Below, piece by piece: positions 1-5,899 of a DNA stretch of 16,931 nucleotides (position 1 is the stretch's first letter; the number at the start of each line of letters is the position of its first letter). Below the pieces are notes generated by a model. That model worked only from the letters and a program-made list of their open reading frames with translations, ran no database searches and was not told the DNA's origin. The position numbers were made by a program, and so were the translations under genes. The DNA is from Candidatus Sigynarchaeum calidifontis (GTDB taxonomy: Archaea > Asgardarchaeota > Lokiarchaeia > Sigyniarchaeales > Sigyniarchaeaceae). Location of the stretch: NCBI GenBank assembly GCA_030587475.2, contig JAUQYZ020000238.1, positions 1 through 16,931 on the forward strand, read 5' to 3'.

Positions 1-27
1 AGGGCGGCGAGGGCGGCGAAGGCGGCG
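1..27. repeat. 9-bp tandem repeat (A[G/A]GGCGGCG x3), cut by window edge
   Basis: agggcggcg agggcggcg aaggcggcg read directly at 1-27. Confidence 0.7.
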
Positions 28-172
28 TTGGTGTCGAGTGCTCCTTAAACGCTCTGTCAATATCAACAAGACAACAAACGCCTTGAAAGAATACAGAGAT
101 GGTCCATCAACAGGCTATTGCAGGTAAAAGTCTATTTTACCAGGATTTTTTCCTTTTACTGACAAGGGCATT

Positions 173-240
173 CTATTGCTCGGCACGAGAATCCAAGAAA
201 ACAGGTCCAGTTCCGAGCTCGTGGACAATGAAGATCAATA
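173..240 (+). repeat. 68-bp direct repeat, copy 1 (partner at 3020-3087)
   Basis: ctattgctcggcacgagaatccaagaaaacaggtccagttccgagctcgtggacaatgaagatcaata; 62/68 identical to 3020-3087 by manual alignment, no gaps. Confidence 0.92.
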
Positions 241-250
241 GAATTTGCCC

Positions 251-281
251 GATTGGTCCAATTATTTCAATTGGTCCAATC
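251..281. other. Imperfect inverted repeat/hairpin directly after the UPF0175 stop codon (possible terminator or operator)
   Basis: gattggtccaatt-atttc-aattggtccaatc; the arms pair over 12 of 13 nt and each arm contains the quasi-palindrome attgg-t-ccaat. Confidence 0.5.
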
Positions 282-633
282 ACGTCGTGTCCTTGGCCTT
301 GGCCTTGTCCTTGTCTTTGGCCTTGTCCTTGTCCTTTTTCCAGTCCGCTATCTCTTGGCGCGCATCTTCGATGGACATGTGCATGTGCACGCCACGGCGA
401 TGAACTTCGTCTATCCAGTCCCACATGTTCAAGCCAGCTATTTCCGAGGCTTTCCCAAAAGATACTTTGCCTGCTTCATAGGCCTTTATCGCTTCTTCTA
501 TACGGATTTCGCGGATTGACCTTCGCAGTAGTTGTCGTATAAGGGAGCTCTTGTCAAGGTGGGTAATTTTTTGTAAAGCCTCGATCTCTCCTTTCATTTC
601 TTCCGGTATGACGATAGAAATTCGTTCACTCAC
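280..633 (-). CDS. UPF0175-family protein with N-terminal ribbon-helix-helix; putative antitoxin
   Basis: N-terminus MSERISIVIPEEMKGEIEAL..LDKSSLIRQLL (RHH-like), then AIKAYEAGKVSFGKASEIAGLNMWDWIDEVHRRGV (UPF0175 pattern); starts 3 bp after the PIN gene stop; KD/KA repeat tail. Confidence 0.85.
   Translation of the reverse strand: MSERISIVIPEEMKGEIEALQKITHLDKSSLIRQLLRRSIREIRIEEAIKAYEAGKVSFGKASEIAGLNMWDWIDEVHRRGVHMHMSIEDARQEIADWKKDKDKAKDKDKAKAKDTT
289..333. repeat. Hexamer repeat (ccttgt/ccttgg) encoding the KDKDKAKDKDKAKAKD tail of the antitoxin
   Basis: gtccttggccttggccttgtccttgtctttggccttgtccttgtcc. Confidence 0.8.
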
Positions 634-636
634 GCG

Positions 637-1155
637 TCATTCCCCCCTTTTCTCTTTCAACCGCAGCCTTGATTCCGCTTCTTGAATATATGCTTGTACG
701 ATATCATTGGAAATCCAGCCGAAAGCACTATACTGGAGCGCATTGCTCTTGAAATGATCAAAGGTAATGATGTTTGCATCGAACAAATCAAGTAGCACGA
801 GCAAGCTAGTGAAATGCTTCACGTGTTTATTGATAGCCACGGTTCGAGATTTTTTATCATCAATAATAACGGGAACTTTCAATTCCAAAGCAAGTTGAAT
901 CGCTTCATACTCGCCTTGGTGGAGATATTCTTGAAGAGATCGATCTTGGGTGTGAACCTCCCGAATCTCGATTTTTCCTTGGGAAATTAAATTTTTCAGA
1001 AAGATCGCATCAGCATGGCCCCCATCAATCCCGTCCGCCACTGCTTCTTTGAAGACTGCTTGCGGGATTATTATTTTTCCGTGGCATTGCAAGAGCGGGT
1101 CGATTTTTCCAAGTTTTGTCAGGTGAATGAGAGGCGAAGTATTGGATATGATCAT
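637..1155 (-). CDS. PIN-domain DUF3368-family (VapC-like) protein; putative toxin
   Basis: MIISNTSPLIHL..IIIPQAVFKEAV..LHQGEYEAIQLALELKVPVIIDDKKSR matches the DUF3368/COG2405 PIN pattern; adjacent to a UPF0175 gene. Confidence 0.88.
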   Translation of the reverse strand: MIISNTSPLIHLTKLGKIDPLLQCHGKIIIPQAVFKEAVADGIDGGHADAIFLKNLISQGKIEIREVHTQDRSLQEYLHQGEYEAIQLALELKVPVIIDDKKSRTVAINKHVKHFTSLLVLLDLFDANIITFDHFKSNALQYSAFGWISNDIVQAYIQEAESRLRLKEKRGE

Positions 1156-1425
1156 GTATGATATTTGCCTCGATCATCATATTTATTATTTCCCACGATG
1201 ATTCTGAAATTGAAGCCGAAGGGGAATGGTTGCTAGATCCGTTCATGAATCCTTTCACCAGGCGACGTTTTTTTTCCCCTAGAACCCGCACTCGTACTCT
1301 TGTTCTTGCAAGTGAGCTATCATTCCGTTTGAAGACTTGGACTTTGGACGGGTTGCGGGTTGCGAGAATCATTGGCAATTCATGCCCGTGACATGGCGCG
1401 TTCAAGTCCATGTCGGGGGCGCTCT

Positions 1426-1465
1426 GGCATGGCACGGCACGGCATGGCACGGCAAGGCACGGCAT
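1426..1465. repeat. Pentamer tandem repeat GGCA(C/T/A) x8
   Basis: ggcat ggcac ggcac ggcat ggcac ggcaa ggcac ggcat. Confidence 0.9.
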
Positions 1466-1672
1466 TCCATGGTTTCATGATCTTGCCCGAACCGCCGCCA
1501 CGAATGATACAGCCACGATCGAGCCGGTCACGTCGCGACCAAGACACGCGAATTGCGACCCTCGTGGATGTTTGCCGGATGATGCATGGGTCGTCCGCAT
1601 GTCGATCCTCGGCGCCGGACGTGTTGTTCGCCAATCCATCGGTATCGTTCGGGTGCGTGGTAATAAACCTGG

Positions 1673-2806
1673 TTAGATCACGAATGGCATGATAAACACG
1701 CACGCCACGCACGCGGTGACCAAGCCCCATGCAGCCTTGTTCCAGCTGAATATCTTGTACCCGTCGAAAGGCACCCCTCCCGCGGATTTGATGGGCAAGA
1801 CGTTGAAGATCGCGAGCCACGTGTTCATGTTGAAGCCCAATACAAACACGATTTGCCACGTTCCCGCGGTGATGATGATAGAAAGCACATGGCACGTGAT
1901 CGCCACGATCACGTTCACGATTGGGCCGGCGATGTATATGATCCCTGCATCCCGTCGATTTCTCGTGTAGGACCAATCTTCTTGCTTGATATACGTCGAT
2001 CCATAGGATGGATACACCAAGCCAACGAGCCCGAGTGCCAGCATGAACCACAAGCCCGATGACCATGCCTTGAAACACGTTTGCAAGCCACGCGCTCGAG
2101 CCACGACGACGTGGCCGAGCTCGGCAACGGCCAAGCTTGCTGATGCCACGACGATGATGGCCACGAACGCGTCCATCGACACGATCCCAGCCTTCAAGAC
2201 GATGATCCACCAGAGCAGCGAATAACCGACGCATGCGGCGAAGAGATGTAAAATACCCGGCGCTTCCTTTGGTTTGACGCCTTTATCATTGATGGTTTTC
2301 TTGAGGAAGAACGTGCCGAGACCAAAAACGAATCCCTCGTCGAACCACAATTTTAAGAACCTTCTCCCGAAATCTTTCACGTGGTTTGGAAATTCATAGG
2401 GGGAGAAACCCGCGTGGATGAACATGTTCCACGATGGCGAGTTGTACCTGTCAACGGTCGCGTACATGTCGTGATATCCCCGCGCGTCGAACCATTCCAT
2501 GGCTTTGGTCAACATCGCAGAGGCAACACCGCGTCCCCGGATCGCCTTGTCCGATGCAACGGCATCGATGAGCCCCACTTTCTGCCTACCATAATCAAGC
2601 ATGCGCAATGACATGGTTCCCACGATCACGTCATTTTGCAACGCGATCAAGCAGCATCCTTGCTGTTTCTTGATGCTCTTGACGATATCAGTGAACACGA
2701 TGGAAAACACGAGCAAATCCAAGAAACCAAGGCAGCGCTTGAAAAATGCACGAACCAATCCTTGTTCCGAAATCGCCATTTCACGGATGATGATATTTGG
2801 TAACAT
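1673..2806 (-). CDS. GNAT N-acetyltransferase fused to a C-terminal multi-TM peptidase M50 (site-2 protease)-like domain with a degenerate zinc motif
   Basis: GNAT motif A IDAVASDKAIRGRGVASAML and NSPSWNMFIHAGF; C-half hydrophobic with AELGH (HExxH position), IYIAGPIVN and FNVLP..PFDGYKI. Start placed at ATG 2806 (MLPNIIIREM); the ORF is open to 2863. Confidence 0.85.
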   Translation of the reverse strand: MLPNIIIREMAISEQGLVRAFFKRCLGFLDLLVFSIVFTDIVKSIKKQQGCCLIALQNDVIVGTMSLRMLDYGRQKVGLIDAVASDKAIRGRGVASAMLTKAMEWFDARGYHDMYATVDRYNSPSWNMFIHAGFSPYEFPNHVKDFGRRFLKLWFDEGFVFGLGTFFLKKTINDKGVKPKEAPGILHLFAACVGYSLLWWIIVLKAGIVSMDAFVAIIVVASASLAVAELGHVVVARARGLQTCFKAWSSGLWFMLALGLVGLVYPSYGSTYIKQEDWSYTRNRRDAGIIYIAGPIVNVIVAITCHVLSIIITAGTWQIVFVLGFNMNTWLAIFNVLPIKSAGGVPFDGYKIFSWNKAAWGLVTACVACVFIMPFVI

Positions 2807-3019
2807 GGTTCCATGACCTCCTTTGATGAGATCATGTAGATCTTCAAGCACCGTAACGAACATGGGAATTTAAAGAGCCAATATCCGAAGCATGCGATAA
2901 CACGAATCGTGAAAGCAAAAATCTAGGATATAACGACATGGATAAACGTACGGTCTAGGAATTTCAACGCGCGTTTCCGATTCGTTTTTTTTCAGTGATC
3001 GCATCTCGATCGTTCAGGC

Positions 3020-3087
3020 CTATTGCTCGGCACGAGAATCCAAGAAAACAAGTTCAGTTTCGTGCTCGTGGACAACGAATATCAATA
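3020..3087 (+). repeat. 68-bp direct repeat, copy 2 (partner at 173-240)
   Basis: ctattgctcggcacgagaatccaagaaaacaagttcagtttcgtgctcgtggacaacgaatatcaata; 6 substitutions versus copy 1. Confidence 0.92.
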
Positions 3088-3159
3088 CTTTTTGTCCACG
3101 CCGACAACGTGGGCAGCGCTAAAATCGCGTGCGATCGTAAACAGGGGGCTGTGAATAAC

Positions 3160-3291
3160 CTACTCAATGGTTTTTCTCAAACGGTTCAATTCAGCTTGAA
3201 GCCGATCAGCGCGCTGCTTCTCTTGCTCCGCGCGCTGCTTTTCTTGCTCCAGCGACGAGAGAAGGACCGCCTTTTTTTCCGCATCGAGAAG
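3160..3291 (-). pseudogene. Orphan 3' gene fragment encoding a coiled-coil tail (LLDAEKKAVLLSSLEQEKQRAEQEKQRADRLQAELNRLRKTIE*)
   Basis: Manual translation of the minus strand ending at TAG 3162-3160; 21-nt tandem repeat at 3209-3250 encodes EQEKQRA x2; the frame is closed upstream by a stop at 3363-3361. Confidence 0.6.
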
Positions 3292-3301
3292 CACGCAACC
3301 A

Positions 3302-3386
3302 GCAACCGGTCTAACCGCAACCGGTCTAACGCGACGACAGGCATGTTTCCAGCAACCGGTCTAACGCGACGACAGGCATGTTTCCA
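3302..3386. repeat. Perfect 35-bp tandem duplication plus a 14-bp partial third copy
   Basis: gcaaccggtctaacgcgacgacaggcatgtttcca at 3317-3351 and 3352-3386; gcaaccggtctaac also at 3302-3315. Confidence 0.92.
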
Positions 3387-3551
3387 TCGAGATAGATCGC
3401 GTTGATCGTCTCGCTCGCGTATTCTTTCCCGCCCAAAATGTAGAGTTGCTTGAAGAGCTCTACCAGGATGACCTCGGGCACGAGGGCGTCGATTGCTTGA
3501 TCCTCGATCTCCTTGAAGAGATCGATGTGCACGGCATCAAGAAAGAATCAT
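3326..3551 (-). pseudogene. Disrupted PIN-domain (VapC-like) gene remnant
   Basis: FLDAVHIDLFKEIEDQAIDALVPEVILVELFKQLYILGGKEYASETINAI..VVALDRLL resembles the N-half of a PIN domain (hhD start, 'VPEVILVE' helix); ATG at 3551 is out of frame with FLDA; truncated by the 35-bp duplication. Confidence 0.55.
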
Positions 3552-3591
3552 CGCGACGTGGTGCTATCTTGCACGTGTTCTCGTTGTCACC

Positions 3592-3632
3592 AAATTAAGG
3601 TATTTTTAATGCAATCTAGATACATTTATACA
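3592..3632 (+). promoter_or_regulatory. AT-rich putative archaeal promoter region (TATA-like) upstream of the second PIN-UPF0175 pair
   Basis: aaattaaggtatttttaatgcaatctagatacatttatac; tttata at ~3624-3629 lies ~27-32 nt before ATG 3656. Confidence 0.4.
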
Positions 3633-3655
3633 ACATGAACTTCATCCGGATCTTG

Positions 3656-4144
3656 ATGATAAAGATTGATGCCTCCTCGCTGATCTATCTCCTCAGGATG
3701 AATTTCATCGACGTGCTTGTCAAGTTCGAAAACGAACTGGTAATCACGAAAGCCGTGCATGATGAAGTCGTTATACGTGGAAAAAATAAGGGACGCGCTG
3801 ATGCATTCATATGCGAGAAATTAATTCATGAAGGGAGAATAACGGTGCACGATCATCTGGGCTATATGCTGAACGTCAATCTTGGACCTGGCGAGCAAGA
3901 AACCATCCAAAATGCAATGGAAAAGCAATGTTCTTGTGTCCTGGATGATCAGAAAGCATTGCGCATGGCCACCAGCATGGGAGTTGCCGTGAAGCAAGTG
4001 CCCTTCTTGATGCTCGAGGCCTTGAAAAAAAACGTCATCTCTTCCATCGAATTCGATGCTTACTTCAAGAAATGGGTGCATCACGCGGATCCACCCGCGG
4101 AATTGCACCAGCTCATCAAAAGCATGAAGGAGTTGCTGGCATAA
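3656..4144 (+). CDS. PIN-domain DUF3368-family (VapC-like) protein, second paralog
   Basis: MIKIDASSLIYL..LVITKAVHDEVV..LGPGEQETIQNA..CVLDDQKALRMA; acidic PIN residues D/E/E/DD present. The ORF is open to ATG 3635; 3656 is preferred because of the PIN N-terminal pattern. Confidence 0.87.
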   Translation: MIKIDASSLIYLLRMNFIDVLVKFENELVITKAVHDEVVIRGKNKGRADAFICEKLIHEGRITVHDHLGYMLNVNLGPGEQETIQNAMEKQCSCVLDDQKALRMATSMGVAVKQVPFLMLEALKKNVISSIEFDAYFKKWVHHADPPAELHQLIKSMKELLA

Positions 4145-4480
4145 ATGTCAACGAACATCTCGGTACGTTTGAAAAAGGAAAAAATAAAGGAAATCGACGA
4201 GGTCGCCGAAATGCTCGGCTTGGATCGTGCCGTCATCCTCCGCCGCATCATCGACGAGGGGGTCAAGCGGGAACGCCTTGAAGCCGCCCTCCAGGCATAC
4301 GAAAAGGGTGACACGATGGATCACGCGGCGAGCAAGGCTGGCATCGCCCTCTGGGATCTCATGGACGAGATACATGCCCGGGGAATCCGGCGGCCCGTGG
4401 ACATGGCGCTCGTGAAGGACATGCTGATCGCGAGTTTCGGCTTCGATGAACAGATGAAGAAAAAGATTCGTGACCTATGA
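4145..4480 (+). CDS. UPF0175-family protein with N-terminal RHH; putative antitoxin, second paralog
   Basis: MSTNISVRLKKEKIKEIDEVAEMLGLDRAVILRRII (RHH-like) + ALQAYEKGDTMDHAASKAGIALWDLMDEIHARGI; start codon abuts the PIN stop (TAA-ATG). Confidence 0.87.
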   Translation: MSTNISVRLKKEKIKEIDEVAEMLGLDRAVILRRIIDEGVKRERLEAALQAYEKGDTMDHAASKAGIALWDLMDEIHARGIRRPVDMALVKDMLIASFGFDEQMKKKIRDL

Positions 4481-4534
4481 TCCAGGCGGACAAGATAGCG
4501 CAAAGGCAATAATCCACCACCTCGCGAATTCAAG

Positions 4535-4560
4535 GCTTTCGCTTTTCTGTCTTTTTTATT
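4535..4560 (+). terminator. T-rich tract, possible archaeal oligo-U terminator
   Basis: gctttcgcttttctgtcttttttatt ~55 nt after the UPF0175 stop. Confidence 0.35.
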
Positions 4561-5182
4561 ATCAGCATAACATGATCATCACGTTGTTTTTACTCTTGCA
4601 CGCACGCGCATCATCGACCCGCGACACGTGCAATGTTCCCGGGAGGCGTGGCCAGACGCGTCCGGCATTGTATCATGAATTGGCTCACCATGCAACACGC
4701 TCGCGCTCGCCAGCGCCAGCATTGATACGCATCGTTCCAAGCATGTCCACCACGACAGCTGTCGTGCCACGCCCCATCCACGTGATGATGAGTTGCATTC
4801 AAGCACGCGTGCAACGCCCTCTGGTATTCCATCTTGGACGATGGCGTGGAGCGCGTTGGGCGCGAGCTGCGATTCCCCCCGGGATGTCATGTCTTGAGCC
4901 TGGTCTTGAAGCAGGTCTTAGGCCAGCCGACTGCATGCACGGCAAGCGTTGGAAAGGCATTTGACCTCGTTCGGAAAATGATGCCGCTGCATCTCGATGC
5001 GAAAATGGATTCTCTTCATGTTCCCCGAATCCGGAAGTCATGATGTTTCCCGTCGTGACCGTTTAATCCCATATAACGACATCAACGCCCGCCCTTGGCC
5101 TTGCCGTTTTCACGTGCCTTGTGATATGCCGGAAATCCACCGTTAGATTGACCACGATTGGTGAATACCGGTTCTTGATTGC

Positions 5183-5899
5183 GTGGGGACATCATTAGAT
5201 CGTATGTTGCACGCTCTTGCCCGATCGCCAGGATGCAAGACCATTCACGCGCGGGTCGGGATCTGCACGCTCTTGCTGGTCGTTTTCGTGGGAATCGCGA
5301 GTGTCATGTGTTTCGTGCAAGATGGCACCATGGCTCGTGCTTTCGCCATGCCAATCGATGGAAGATTGCAAGAGACGGATAACGTTGATAGCAGCACGCC
5401 CATCCCGAACCATGTTCCGATATCGATAAAAAGCGACGCGCAACTCGATGCATTCCCCGACAAGACCGGATCGGGAACCCCACAAGATCCTTACGTCATC
5501 CGGGATCTCGTGATAGATGGTGGCGGTACAGAATCGTGCTTGTCCATCTCGAACACGAGGCATCCCCTCCGGATCATCAACTGCACGGCAATGCGCTCTT
5601 CTCGCGTGATCAGCGCTCATAACATGATGAATGGCGAACCGCAAGAAGGCACGGGTACCAATTCCTATGGTTTCTCGTGCGTCAACGCGAGTAACGTCCA
5701 TTTTGAATCGTATAAAAAAAGAGATATCGGATGCTGCCCCGTCGCAATCCCAAACCCCATCCTACTCGCAAGGCATTTTCGTGTGGTTCACCAACGGCCT
5801 ATCAGTAACGTCCAACAAGTTTTCATCTTGCGGGAGCTATGGCGCGTATGTCTGGTACTCGAACTACACGCTCTTCACGCAAAATTGGGTATGGAATAA
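5183..5899 (+). CDS. N-terminal part of a frameshifted secreted beta-helix/PKD surface protein (signal/TM + GSGTxxDPYVI region); plausible coding likely ends ~5720
   Basis: Hydrophobic VGICTLLLVVFVGIASVMCFV, then HVPISIKSDAQL..GSGTPQDPYVIRDLVIDGGG..CLSISNT..IINC, typical of archaeal NosD-like beta-helix proteins; the sequence becomes implausible after YKK at the A7 tract. Confidence 0.7.
   Translation: MGTSLDRMLHALARSPGCKTIHARVGICTLLLVVFVGIASVMCFVQDGTMARAFAMPIDGRLQETDNVDSSTPIPNHVPISIKSDAQLDAFPDKTGSGTPQDPYVIRDLVIDGGGTESCLSISNTRHPLRIINCTAMRSSRVISAHNMMNGEPQEGTGTNSYGFSCVNASNVHFESYKKRDIGCCPVAIPNPILLARHFRVVHQRPISNVQQVFILRELWRVCLVLELHALHAKLGME

Noticed and set aside
173-424. 83-aa ORF with QG repeats (and the PCPW-rich ORF 99-542)
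   Set aside because: Alternative-frame readings of the hexamer repeat in the antitoxin tail
1325-1372. MILATRNPSKVQVFK resembles the Ham1/ITPase N-terminus
   Set aside because: Only ~15 residues match and nothing downstream supports it; could be a remnant or chance
3144-3158. gggggctgtgaataa resembles an IS terminal inverted repeat
   Set aside because: I found no matching inverted copy and no transposase in the window
3302-3386. Repeats of ~35 bp as a possible CRISPR mini-array
   Set aside because: The units are directly adjacent with no unique spacers, they derive from PIN coding sequence, and no cas genes are present
2995-3405. 136-aa plus-strand ORF
   Set aside because: Runs across the direct repeat, the antisense coiled-coil remnant and the duplications; not a coherent protein
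5714-5721. AAAAAAG as a programmed -1 ribosomal frameshift signal
   Set aside because: Joining the two frames needs +1, and the heptamer is not phased as X_XXY_YYZ in the upstream frame
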